64,000 nucleotides of DNA. Origin: SAR202 cluster bacterium. Lineage in GTDB: Bacteria > Chloroflexota > Dehalococcoidia > Lucifugimonadales > UBA3495. The position numbers were made by a program, and so were the translations under genes. Positions within the stretch are counted from its first letter, which is position 1. Each line of letters opens with the position of its first letter. A model generated the notes under the pieces. The model saw nothing but the letters and a program-made list of their open reading frames with translations. It did no database searches and was not told where the DNA came from. The stretch covers positions 29,669-93,668 of the forward strand of contig JABMNL010000028.1 of NCBI GenBank assembly GCA_013204585.1, in the 5' to 3' direction. Positions 1 to 9,063 of this stretch are shown one piece after another.

Positions 1-15
1 TTCGGAGGCTTCGAC

Positions 16-642
16 TTGATAATCGACCCAAACACATTTGAAGGATTCAACCGCGTGCTGACAGGAGTGATTGTGCCCCGCCCCATCGCGTTTGTCTCCA
101 CTGTATCCACCGACGGGGTGGTCAATCTGGCGCCCTACTCTTTCTTCAACGCCGTGTCCTATACCACCGTTGTCTTTTCTTCCTCACGCCATGTGGGGAA
201 GAAGAGTAAAGACACCCTGCGGAACGTGGAGGAGACCGGGGAATTCGTGGTTAACATTGTCGTCGACCCCATCGCCGAAGCCATGAATGCCACCGCTGCT
301 GAGTTCCCTGAGGACGTGGACGAGTTCGAGATTGCTGGCCTGACCCATGCGCCCTCCCAGATGGTTAAGGCGCCCAGGGTGGTTGAGTCTCCGGTGAACA
401 TTGAATGCAAGCTGGACCAGGTGGTGCAAATCGGTTCCGGCGACCACGAACACGGTTTGGTTATCGGCACCATCTTGTGTATGCACGTCCGCGACGACAT
501 CATCGACGGGCACCGTATCGACCAGGCCAAGCTAATGGCCACCGGTCGGATGGCAGGCAACATGTATTGCCGCACCAATGACCGGTACGAGATGGTGCGC
601 CCGGTCTACAACCCAGAAAAGAGCGTGACGGCCAACGGGTAA
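16..642 (+). CDS. Flavin reductase-like (FMN-binding split-barrel) protein
   Basis: 208-aa ORF. Motif PRPIAFVSTVSTDGVVNLAPYSFFN is typical of the flavin reductase domain family. GGAGG lies 8 nt upstream of the TTG start. A hairpin terminator follows. Confidence 0.75.
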   Translation: MIIDPNTFEGFNRVLTGVIVPRPIAFVSTVSTDGVVNLAPYSFFNAVSYTTVVFSSSRHVGKKSKDTLRNVEETGEFVVNIVVDPIAEAMNATAAEFPEDVDEFEIAGLTHAPSQMVKAPRVVESPVNIECKLDQVVQIGSGDHEHGLVIGTILCMHVRDDIIDGHRIDQAKLMATGRMAGNMYCRTNDRYEMVRPVYNPEKSVTANG

Positions 643-660
643 ACCCCGCTCTGGGAAGAC

Positions 661-697
661 AAAAACCCGACCCTTTAAAAGGGGCCGGGTTTTTTAT
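661..697. terminator. Bidirectional rho-independent terminator between convergent genes
   Basis: A-run, imperfect GC-rich stem ACCCGACCC/GGGGCCGGGT with a short loop, then a T-run. Confidence 0.6.
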
Positions 698-716
698 TGG
701 TTCTTATTTTGCCGGT

Positions 717-1223
717 CTAATACGGAACGTTGTCGTCTTCGCTGGAACTCTCGCCCAGTTGGTTCTCTGCCGGGCGCTCGTGCTCGATTACCTGACCCTC
801 CCCTGGAGTCCATTGTCCGCCGTGAAACGCGTCCAGCGCTTCATCAAGCTTGACCCGGAAGGTCTCAGGATCCTTATTCATCAGCATTATCCGCCGACCA
901 TTGGCCATACGGACTCTCAACCGATTGCCAATAGGCAGTTCCAACAACTCAAGATTGGCAATCTCCTGGAAAGGGTAAGCCTTGACCCTTGGCTTGCCGT
1001 AAATCAGCACCAGGGCGTCCCGATAAATCAGGTATTGCTTGGGAGTGCTCAACCAACTGTAGAGTGCCACGCCAATTCCCATGAAGAAGAGCACTGGCTG
1101 GCCGAAAATTCCGATTATGGCGACGACCAACGCGAAGATGAACGTCAAATTGAGGCTGGTCCGGTGTTTGTCCCAATGAAGGGGTTGTTCTGGTGTTTGC
1201 ATCGGCGATATTTTAACACACAA
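717..1223 (-). CDS. Hypothetical membrane protein (N-terminal TM helices, C-terminal soluble PH-like domain)
   Basis: 168-aa ORF with hydrophobic stretches LNLTFIFALVVAIIGIFGQPVLFFMGIGVALYSWL. No family recognised with certainty. The start (1223 or 1202) is uncertain. Confidence 0.4.
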   Translation of the reverse strand: MCVKISPMQTPEQPLHWDKHRTSLNLTFIFALVVAIIGIFGQPVLFFMGIGVALYSWLSTPKQYLIYRDALVLIYGKPRVKAYPFQEIANLELLELPIGNRLRVRMANGRRIMLMNKDPETFRVKLDEALDAFHGGQWTPGEGQVIEHERPAENQLGESSSEDDNVPY

Positions 1224-1362
1224 CCGAAGACACCACGCCTATGGAGATGGAAGACACCAGATGTCTAATCCCTCGTCGATTCATAGGCTCAAGGCATGTT
1301 AGTATCGGGACACTTTTTCACCGGTCAAATTAACCGGGCTGGCTCTAATTAGAGGAGATGCT

Positions 1363-2202
1363 ATGAAAGTCGGGGTAAACGTAGCCGTAGGCAGCAAGTC
1401 CATGGACATCGGCGCTCTGGCCAAGAAGGCGGAAGACCTAGGGTTTGAGTCCATCTGGATGGCCGAGCATCCCATCATTCCCGTGCACTCCGATTCCAAA
1501 TACGGCGGCACACCCGATGGCAGCATCCCAGATTACATGAGCGACATGGCCGACCCGTTCATATCCCTGGCCATCGCGTCCGCCACCACGAGTAAAATCA
1601 TGCTCGGCACCAGCATCTGCCTCATTCCCGAGCACAACCCCCTAGTCCAAGCCAAGCAGATAGCGGCCCTCGACTTCCATTCGGGCGGGCGGTTCATCTT
1701 TGGCATCGGCACCGGCTGGCTGCGGGAAGAAACCGAAATCATGGGCGGCGACTTCGACCACCGCTGGACCCAGGCCCGTGAGTCAGTGGAAGCCATGAAA
1801 GAGCTGTGGACCAAGGACGAGGCCGAATACCACGGCCGTTACTTCGACTTTCCGCCGGTAAGGGTCTTCCCGAAACCGATTCAAAAGCCCAACCCTCCCG
1901 TGTTCCTGGGCGGAGCAGCCAAGAACGTGTTCAAGCGCGTTATCTCCTACGGCGACGGCTGGATGCCCGTACGGGCCACTCCCGAGAGCGTGAAAGCCGG
2001 ACGGGCGTCCCTGGACGAACTGGCCGACGCTGCTGGCCGCGACCCCAATAGCATCCAAATTATGATTTACGGCGCGTCCAGTCGCGACGAGATAAAACAG
2101 ATGGAAGACGCCGGAGCCAACATGGCCACCGTTCGCCTAGCCTCCTCCGAACCTGGCGCTCTGGAAGGGCTAGAGAAACTGGCCGAAGAGATGTTGGGGT
2201 AA
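1363..2202 (+). CDS. LLM-class F420/flavin-dependent oxidoreductase (luciferase-like)
   Basis: 279-aa ORF with GGAG RBS. The N-terminus KVGVNV...DIGALAKKAEDLGFESIWMAEH and the GIGTGW motif are typical of luciferase-like monooxygenase family proteins. Confidence 0.8.
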   Translation: MKVGVNVAVGSKSMDIGALAKKAEDLGFESIWMAEHPIIPVHSDSKYGGTPDGSIPDYMSDMADPFISLAIASATTSKIMLGTSICLIPEHNPLVQAKQIAALDFHSGGRFIFGIGTGWLREETEIMGGDFDHRWTQARESVEAMKELWTKDEAEYHGRYFDFPPVRVFPKPIQKPNPPVFLGGAAKNVFKRVISYGDGWMPVRATPESVKAGRASLDELADAAGRDPNSIQIMIYGASSRDEIKQMEDAGANMATVRLASSEPGALEGLEKLAEEMLG

Positions 2203-2266
2203 TCCTTGCACGGAGGTAACCCTGGTGTATTATTTTGCTTAACCACTTCGGTGTTGGGGAAGCAGC

Positions 2267-3346
2267 ATGATTTTTTCGTACCAGTGGATTAGGCGTCACG
2301 CGAGAGCAATCTTAGCTACGCTGGTCACTATACCGTCAGTTACTGCGGCGGTAATTGCTTTGGTTCCAATTGATAATACAATCACCGCCGTAACTTATGA
2401 AATCTTAGAGACGGTAGATGTCCTCGATGTTCGTACTCCACTGCAAGGTCTGAATATTACTTTCCAAGGTGCAGACCTTGAACAAGATAATCTCAACCTC
2501 CGAATTTTCACAATCCGAATCAGGAATACAGGAACCGAAGACATACTACAGAATTATTATGCCGACGAAGTCCCGTGGGGCTTAACGGTTGAAAACGGAA
2601 ACGTAATTGAAGCGAGGCTTACAGGGGCGAGTACAGATTATCTTAAAGACCAATCAATACCACAAATAGAAGGCGAAAATTTCGTTCACTTCGAAAAAGT
2701 AATCTTCGAAAATCAACAATTTTTCACATTTACCATATTAGTCCTGCATACGAAAGAGACACCTCCAGAACTTGTTCCTGTGGGGAAAATTGCGGGTGTC
2801 GCAGAAATTCGTATTGTACCTGAGCCTATTCAAGACCCTGGAATAAGTTTCTTTGCCAGCATTTTTTTTGGTGGATGGAAAGTTCAGATTGTCCGGTTGC
2901 TGCTGATTATACTTGGTGGATTTGCAACCTTGATTGGCGTGGTCGCGTCGATGATTTGGTTGTCGGAAATATCTGAAAGGCATCGGCGATCAGACAGGGA
3001 AAAAATTGCAGACAACCTCCTATCATTACAAAAGATAGACGATTCAAGAATTCGGGATGGTTTGAAGGCCCAGTACGTTGATAGTGGAGCTAGTGCATTA
3101 ATGCGGTTAAAATCCCAATTGGATTCTCCCGAAACCATCCACGAAGGCCGACTTGAACACCCAGATATTGATGGAAAATTCGCACTTGGCCCGTCCGAAT
3201 ATTGGTCCCCTGGTCACTCGGCAAATTACTTATCTCAAATCGGAGCAATTAAGCCACTTAGAAAGAGACATTTCACTTCAACACCCCACTTTATGGCTGC
3301 TCTTGACGACATGTTGAACGAGTTATCTGAAAAAGGGAGGGCTTGA
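2267..3346 (+). CDS. Hypothetical membrane protein in an AT-rich segment
   Basis: 359-aa ORF with an N-terminal TM and a central TM pair (VRLLLIILGGFATLIGVVASMIWL). No recognisable family. Composition is visibly more AT-rich than the neighbours. Confidence 0.5.
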   Translation: MIFSYQWIRRHARAILATLVTIPSVTAAVIALVPIDNTITAVTYEILETVDVLDVRTPLQGLNITFQGADLEQDNLNLRIFTIRIRNTGTEDILQNYYADEVPWGLTVENGNVIEARLTGASTDYLKDQSIPQIEGENFVHFEKVIFENQQFFTFTILVLHTKETPPELVPVGKIAGVAEIRIVPEPIQDPGISFFASIFFGGWKVQIVRLLLIILGGFATLIGVVASMIWLSEISERHRRSDREKIADNLLSLQKIDDSRIRDGLKAQYVDSGASALMRLKSQLDSPETIHEGRLEHPDIDGKFALGPSEYWSPGHSANYLSQIGAIKPLRKRHFTSTPHFMAALDDMLNELSEKGRA

Positions 3347-3441
3347 ACTTCGATTGATGCTCCAAAATCGGTCTCTTTGATTTCACTCACAAAAAGACCG
3401 ATTCCATATACGACTTTCAACTGCTAGGTAAGGCTTAGTTC

Positions 3442-4242
3442 ATGCGCATAGATGTCCACACCCACATTTCCCCCGACCGCATCGCCGCGCCGATATTGGA
3501 GAACATGACCGAGACCTTCGGCTATCCCGCCGTTGGTATCAACACCATCGAAGGTATCAAGGCCCACATGCGGGCTTCCGGCGTGGATAAGTCGGTGGTG
3601 TTGGGCGTGGTGGAGCGGGTAGACCATGTAATACCGGCCAACGACTGGCTAATCAGCATTCAAGACGACATGCTGGTGCCCTTCGGAGCCATCCACCCCG
3701 ACATGGATGACATGCCCGGCGAGGTACGCCGTCTGCGCGAAGCGGGCATCAAGGGCATCAAACTGCACCCCATGGTGAACCAATTCTTCCCCGACGACCC
3801 CAAGATGTTCCCGCTCTACGAGGAATTGGGCGACGACATGGTGGTGGAAATCCACTCGGGACGCTTTAACCACACCAAGCCGGGTGAGACGGTCTATTCG
3901 CCGCCCAACCGGGTGATGAACATGGTACGACAATTCCCCAAGCTAAAAGTAATCGCCCTCCATTTGGGTGGCTTCTACATGCTGGACGAAGCCGAGCGAG
4001 AACTAATCGGCCACGACAACATCCTCATCGACACCACTTGGCCGCCGAAACTAAAAGAAGTCGGCACCAAGACCCTGGCCGCCATCATCAACAAACACGG
4101 CGCGGACAAGGTCTGCTTCGGCACCGACTTCCCCCTGGCCGACATGGCTACCGACTCCCAATTCATCGAAAGCCTACCCGTCCCCGATGCCGCCAAAGAG
4201 CGAATCTTGGGTGAGAATTTCCGCGAGTTGGTGGGCCTGTAG
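3442..4242 (+). CDS. Amidohydrolase-2 family metal-dependent hydrolase (TIM barrel)
   Basis: 266-aa ORF. The N-terminal MRIDVHTHI metal-binding HxH signature and the C-terminal FGTDFP motif are typical of the PF04909-type amidohydrolases. Confidence 0.75.
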   Translation: MRIDVHTHISPDRIAAPILENMTETFGYPAVGINTIEGIKAHMRASGVDKSVVLGVVERVDHVIPANDWLISIQDDMLVPFGAIHPDMDDMPGEVRRLREAGIKGIKLHPMVNQFFPDDPKMFPLYEELGDDMVVEIHSGRFNHTKPGETVYSPPNRVMNMVRQFPKLKVIALHLGGFYMLDEAERELIGHDNILIDTTWPPKLKEVGTKTLAAIINKHGADKVCFGTDFPLADMATDSQFIESLPVPDAAKERILGENFRELVGL

Positions 4243-4412
4243 TAACGCGTTACCCCTTCCTCTCCAACGACCGTCGTGGTGGGTTGAGCAATCGTCGCCA
4301 ACATACGCTTTGGCCGCTCTGGCCGCTCTGGCCGCTTTGGTCTTAAATTTTATCGTCTTAGATGTCGGCAATAATGTAGGAATTGGGTCCCATTCTTGGA
4401 CCGGAGAGAGCT

Positions 4413-5699
4413 ATGAAAGTCCTGTTAATCGCAACCAACCGCCACGGACGTTACATGAGCAACGTCCAGGCCCAGCCCCTGCCAATAGGCTTGGCCTACA
4501 TTGCCGGGTCCTTGGACCCTGAACAACACAGCACCAAAATGTTGGACCTCATGTTTGCCGATGACTATTTGGGTGATGTTGAAAGGGCGGTGAAGGAATT
4601 CCAGCCCGGCTTAGTGGGACTTTCCATCCGAAACCTGGACAATGGTAGTAATTTAAACCCCCAGTCGGTGCTTCCGATTACCAAGGAGGTCACTGACCTG
4701 ATTCGGTCAATCAGCCAAGCCACGATCGTCTGCGGGGGGCCTGCTTTCAGTATTCTCCCAAGCGAGTGCTTTGATTATGTTGGGCCTGATGTGGGTATCG
4801 CCGGGAGCGGCGGCGATTCCTTTTCCGACTTGGCTGACCGCCTCGAACGAGGGGAGTCATATAGAGACTTGCCTGGTCTGGTGTACCGGGCAGACGGCAA
4901 GATTACAGTAACTGAACAACAGTCGACATCAGGGGTCATGAAGCCGCCGCGTCTGGAAGATTTGGAGCTAGACAAATACGCTGAGGCCGGTTTCGGCATC
5001 GGTGTGATTACCAAATGGTTTGGCAATACTACTCCTTCGGGTAACGAATCTAGCGAGGATTTGCACCGGAAAAACCTGCGGCCCACCCAAGAGGTGATCG
5101 CCGAAGTGAAGGATTTGGGGCAGCGGCTTGGGTTGAGTAAGTTCTTCTTCATCGCCAACGGTTTCAACGTCCCTACCGACAACGCCAAGTCCTTTTGCCA
5201 AGCTCTGATTGACTCTGATCTGAAGATTGAATGGAATACCGGCCTTGTTCCCCGGAACTGCGACCAGGAATTGATTGGCTTAATGAAAAAAGCTGGGTGC
5301 GGTTTGGTAATAATCGGCGACTTAGTAGTCGATGCCTACGACCCGGAGAATCTCGCTGCCCGCCTGGACCAGATGCTTCAAGTTTGCCGCTTGTGTGAGG
5401 AAGGTGGACTTCCATACACCGTCGGTCAGACCTTCGGCGCCCCCGGAGAAACCCGAGAAACCGTGGAGCAGAAACTGGTCTTTCTTCGGGACATCAGACC
5501 GGTGGTGGCCAACCTAAGGGTGGGGATACGGATGTTGCCCGGATCGAAGTCGGCGGACCAAGCGAGATTGGAAGGACAGGTCTTTGACGACGGAGATTTG
5601 CTTCAACCCACCTTTTACGTGGCGGGATCGGTGAAGGATTGGATTGTCGATTATCTACAAACCGAGGCCACCCATAACCCTCTGTGGAGCGTTGACTGA
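4413..5699 (+). CDS. B12-binding-domain / radical-SAM-like protein lacking the CxxxCxxC cluster motif
   Basis: Start chosen at ATG 4413 (GGAGAGAG RBS). The N-terminus KVLLIATN...PLPIGLAYIAGSL...GLSIRN resembles the cobalamin-binding domain of class B radical SAM enzymes. Where the CxxxCxxC loop is expected the sequence reads ITKWFGNTTPSGNES. Confidence 0.55.
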   Translation: MKVLLIATNRHGRYMSNVQAQPLPIGLAYIAGSLDPEQHSTKMLDLMFADDYLGDVERAVKEFQPGLVGLSIRNLDNGSNLNPQSVLPITKEVTDLIRSISQATIVCGGPAFSILPSECFDYVGPDVGIAGSGGDSFSDLADRLERGESYRDLPGLVYRADGKITVTEQQSTSGVMKPPRLEDLELDKYAEAGFGIGVITKWFGNTTPSGNESSEDLHRKNLRPTQEVIAEVKDLGQRLGLSKFFFIANGFNVPTDNAKSFCQALIDSDLKIEWNTGLVPRNCDQELIGLMKKAGCGLVIIGDLVVDAYDPENLAARLDQMLQVCRLCEEGGLPYTVGQTFGAPGETRETVEQKLVFLRDIRPVVANLRVGIRMLPGSKSADQARLEGQVFDDGDLLQPTFYVAGSVKDWIVDYLQTEATHNPLWSVD

Positions 5700-5956
5700 C
5701 ACCTATTATTGAACCGCCGACTATCAGGCCCACCGTCTTGCCAGCGAAAGCTGGAACCCAGAATGCTCTGCTTGGAAGACGGTTGACCAACCCAGCCAAT
5801 CCGGATTCCAGTACAGGCCGGAATGACTACCGCGGGCTACGGGACTAGGTTTGCGCTCCCAGTCCGTTCAGTGTGAGCGGGAATTACCGTTCGAATTGAC
5901 AAGCAAAGCCCCACCCTTAAAATGGCAGGAGCCAATTTAGACCTAGGACTATAACC

Positions 5957-7144
5957 ATGATTAAGAATTTCGGTAGTTTGTACGCCGGACACGTTGACCT
6001 TGGAGACATCGGACTGGCAGGCACAGCCGTCAACGAACGCCGCTTCGACAATGACCACCTCATAACCATCTACGACCGCGTTGAGCAGATAGTCAAAGTG
6101 ATGGACGACCTTCGCTACCACAGCTTCTGGGCCGCCGAGCACCACTTCCAACACGAGGGCAACGAGACCATCCCGAATTTACTCTTGCTCTACGTGCATC
6201 TGGCCAATATCACCAAGAACTTAAAGTTCGGCTGCGGGTTCAACATCAACCCCATGTGGCACCCACTGCGATTGGCCGAAGACTACGCCACCGCCGACAT
6301 ACTGACCAACGGTCGAGTAATCTTCGGCGTGGGCCGTGGTTACCACTCGCGTGAGGTGGCCACTTTCGGCGTCCCCAGCACCGACATGGACAGCGACACC
6401 AACCGGGAGGTATTCGAAGAGCAGGTCGAAATCATGATGAAGGCCTTCAACCAGGTGTCCTTCTCCCATCACGGCAAGCATTACGACCTGCCACCCGAAG
6501 TCCCATACCGTGGCTATACGCTCAAAGAAATAACGCTGGTGCCACGGCCCAAACACCTGCCAGTGGAGACCTGGCAACCCATGGTCAGCGCTGGCCAGCG
6601 GGCCATGGACTTCATGGCCAAGCACGGCATCCAGGCGATTGTCGGCGGCGGAGCCGTCACCGGCGGCCCCAACGATGAGGTAATCAAGCGTTGGACCGAG
6701 ACCCTGGTCAACCACGGCCATACCGACGCCCAGTTGGGCAGTCGCCTGACAATTGGGCTGCCCACATTCATCGCCGATTCCGAGAAAGAGGCCATCGACC
6801 AGGCCAGGAAGTACTTCGAAGAGGACATGAAGATGTTCGGCCCCTTGGGCTTCTTCCGTGGGTTCACCCCGGAGATGCTCGACGCCTTGGGCGACCCCAA
6901 GCGGGCACCCACAACCTCTAGTCTGCCAACCTTCGAAGAAACCGTAGCCGCGGGCGCTTGGCTCTGCGGCACCGCCGAGCAAATCACAGAACGCATCATG
7001 GAGATTCAAGACAAGTTCCCCGGACTTGAGTACATGCACGTTGGCTGTGTCCGTCAGGGTACGCCTTTGAACGTGATGATTGAACAACTCGAGCGCTTCG
7101 GCAAAGAGGTCATGCCCAAGTTCAACGTGGCGAAACCTGGCTAG
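5957..7144 (+). CDS. LLM-class flavin-dependent oxidoreductase (luciferase-like monooxygenase)
   Basis: 395-aa ORF. Motifs FWAAEHHF, GRVIFGVGRGY and PRPKH are typical of the family. Confidence 0.8.
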   Translation: MIKNFGSLYAGHVDLGDIGLAGTAVNERRFDNDHLITIYDRVEQIVKVMDDLRYHSFWAAEHHFQHEGNETIPNLLLLYVHLANITKNLKFGCGFNINPMWHPLRLAEDYATADILTNGRVIFGVGRGYHSREVATFGVPSTDMDSDTNREVFEEQVEIMMKAFNQVSFSHHGKHYDLPPEVPYRGYTLKEITLVPRPKHLPVETWQPMVSAGQRAMDFMAKHGIQAIVGGGAVTGGPNDEVIKRWTETLVNHGHTDAQLGSRLTIGLPTFIADSEKEAIDQARKYFEEDMKMFGPLGFFRGFTPEMLDALGDPKRAPTTSSLPTFEETVAAGAWLCGTAEQITERIMEIQDKFPGLEYMHVGCVRQGTPLNVMIEQLERFGKEVMPKFNVAKPG

Positions 7145-7180
7145 CATCGACATCCAAGTCATACGGCATCCAGCAAACAT

Positions 7181-7220
7181 AAAAAGAGGCCTCTCGTAAT
7201 GAGAGGCCTCTTTTGTTTTC
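7181..7220 (+). terminator. Rho-independent terminator
   Basis: Perfect stem AAGAGGCCTCTC/GAGAGGCCTCTT with loop GTAAT, followed by TTGTTTT. Confidence 0.8.
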
Positions 7221-7224
7221 AAAT

Positions 7225-7301
7225 TGGTCGGGGTGGTCGGATTCGAACCGACGACCCCCTACACCCCATGCAGGTGCCCTACCGGACTGGGCCACACCCC
7301 G
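7225..7301 (-). tRNA. tRNA-Pro (anticodon GGG), CCA encoded
   Basis: 77-nt cloverleaf folded by hand on the minus strand. Acceptor CGGGGTG/CACCCCG, D stem GCCC/GGGC, anticodon stem CCTGC/GTAGG with loop ATGGGGT, T arm GTCGG-TTCGAAT-CCGAC, discriminator A plus CCA. Confidence 0.9.
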
Positions 7302-7417
7302 ACGCGTTGATAATTATAGCACGCACAATCCAGGCGCGGGGTATCCTGCAAATATTATCTTCCTATTGCAAGGGGGAGAGTTGTTTGCCTACAGAAGAAT
7401 GACATCCCATTGAGGAC

Positions 7418-7478
7418 TGCCCCCATCTCCGACAATGTCGCGAGTCTCCCCGATGCATCGGGGGACCTAACCTTCCCC
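7418..7478. repeat. Dispersed ~60-nt repeat with central palindrome CCCCGATGCATCGGGG (copy A)
   Basis: Matches the reverse complement of 35061..35122 with a few substitutions (hand alignment). Confidence 0.7.
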
Positions 7479-7700
7479 CTTGCGAGAGCGCTACCTCAAA
7501 AGTAGCGAAAGAACCTAGTTTTCGGTCCGAACAGCCCTGTCCACATGCCACCCTTCGCTACGCTCAAAATGACAGTTTTGAACTAAAGCCCCTTGCAAGG
7601 GGGAAGGGACTTTAGTTCGGCCCGTTGCGGCGGTTTACTTGCTTGGGCATAATAGCTGCACGCTGACCGCTTACAGTTGCCAGCTAGGAGGTAACGCCCC

Positions 7701-8972
7701 ATGCCCGGACCCCTGGACGGCGTAAAAGTGGTGGACTTCACCGAGATTATCGCTGGGCCTTTAGCTGGCAGGTTGTTAGCCGACCAAGGCGCCGATGTAA
7801 TTAAGGTTGAGCCTCCCTGGGGCGAGCCCTGGCGGCTCACCCAGCGCTTTACCCCCACCGAAAGTCGCACCTTCATGACCTACAACCGGGGCAAGCGCAG
7901 TCTTCCCCTTAACCTGACCAAGGAAGGGGCCGCCGAGATAATCAAGCGGCTCATTCCAGAGATGGACATCGCCTTGGTCAACTTTCGGCCCGACGTGGCG
8001 GCCAAACTGGGTGTGGACTATGAAACCCTCTCCGCCATCAACCCACGGCTGATTTACTGCGAGTTAACCGCCTACGGACGTGAAGGCCCCGACGCCCACC
8101 GCCCAGGCTACGACATGATTGTGCAGGCGATGACCGGAATGGTCGCCTCGGAGACCAAGACCCTAGACGGCGTTCCATCTTGGGTCTGGTCCAGCCCGTT
8201 GATTGACACCTCAGCTGGCATCTGCATGGCCTGGTCGGTCTGCGCTGCTCTCTACGCCAGGGAGCGCACCGGCGTGGGCCAGAAGATTGAGACCAGCCTG
8301 TTAGCCTCGGCCCTGTCTCTGATGGGAGCCAGGTTCTTGCACGTTGAATCCCTGGACGCCGAGACCAGGGAAAAGACCATCAAGGAATTGGAGTCCAAAC
8401 GATTGGACGGCGCGTCTTATGATGAGATGGTCGCCGTCTCGCCGGGAAGCCGCCGCCGCGAGCACCACGGCAACCTCTACTACCGGGTCTATTACACCAA
8501 GGACGCCCCCATCGGCGTGGGTTGCCTTAGCGACCCGTTGCGCCGCCGGCTGCTGGACACGTTGGGACTCACTGACGACGGCATGGAGCCGGGCTGGGAC
8601 TCCACTACGCCCGAATCCCAAGCCTACAACCGGGCGCTGGAGAAGACCGCTGAGGAATTGCTGGCGTCCAAGTCCAGCGCGGAATGGCTGGAAATATTCG
8701 AGGACCGGGGCATCCCCGCCGGTCCGGTGCGGTTCATCGAGGAGTTGTTTGACGACCCCCAGGTGGTCGCCAACGGATTAGTCACCGAGACAGAACACAT
8801 TCAAGAAGGCAAAGTGAAGATGATGGGCCCCATGGCCCACTTCCGAGGCACCGTTCCCGAGCCACCCCAGGCATCCCCTGCGCTGGGACAGCACGCGGCG
8901 GAAATACTGGAATGGCTAGGCTTCACCCAACAAGAGATTGATGCTTGGCGTAATGATGGCGTCATCGCCTAA
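7701..8972 (+). CDS. CoA-transferase family III (CaiB/BaiF-type)
   Basis: 423-aa ORF with AGGAGG RBS. The N-terminus GPLDGVKVVDFTEIIAGPLAGRLLADQGADVIKVEPP is the family hallmark. Confidence 0.85.
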   Translation: MPGPLDGVKVVDFTEIIAGPLAGRLLADQGADVIKVEPPWGEPWRLTQRFTPTESRTFMTYNRGKRSLPLNLTKEGAAEIIKRLIPEMDIALVNFRPDVAAKLGVDYETLSAINPRLIYCELTAYGREGPDAHRPGYDMIVQAMTGMVASETKTLDGVPSWVWSSPLIDTSAGICMAWSVCAALYARERTGVGQKIETSLLASALSLMGARFLHVESLDAETREKTIKELESKRLDGASYDEMVAVSPGSRRREHHGNLYYRVYYTKDAPIGVGCLSDPLRRRLLDTLGLTDDGMEPGWDSTTPESQAYNRALEKTAEELLASKSSAEWLEIFEDRGIPAGPVRFIEELFDDPQVVANGLVTETEHIQEGKVKMMGPMAHFRGTVPEPPQASPALGQHAAEILEWLGFTQQEIDAWRNDGVIA

Positions 8973-8996
8973 TACGGCAACTTTTACCGTCCAAAA

Positions 8997-9030
8997 GGAA
9001 GAGGCCCGCCAATGGCGGGCCTCTTTTGTA
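8997..9030. terminator. Bidirectional rho-independent terminator
   Basis: Stem AAGAGGCCCGCC/GGCGGGCCTCTT with loop AAT, flanked by an A-run and a T-run, between convergent genes. Confidence 0.8.
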
Positions 9031-9063
9031 TCCAGGGTTAGCAGGGTTGAATTGATTGGCCGG

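Noticed and set aside
4311-4337. 9-bp x 3 repeat (TGGCCGCTC), 13-bp x 2 at 10681-10706, and 10- and 12-bp repeats at 31546-31604
   Set aside because: They are real but very short, with no associated motif or function I can argue for. They are mentioned only as part of the general micro-duplication tendency.
6221-7222. 333-aa minus-strand ORF
   Set aside because: It is entirely antisense to the well-supported LLM oxidoreductase gene (5957-7144) and runs into the terminator and tRNA-Pro. Its Gly/Ala/Val/His-rich translation is typical of antisense frames in GC-rich genes.
7199-7413. Two ~66-aa ORFs overlapping tRNA-Pro, and ORF 10133..10318 overlapping tRNA-Gln
   Set aside because: They overlap hand-folded tRNA genes and a terminator and have no coding support.
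7302-7700. Integrated mobile element or genomic island at the tRNA-Pro 3' side
   Set aside because: I saw no integrase or recombinase and no direct repeat of the tRNA 3' end. The region contains only short dispersed repeats.
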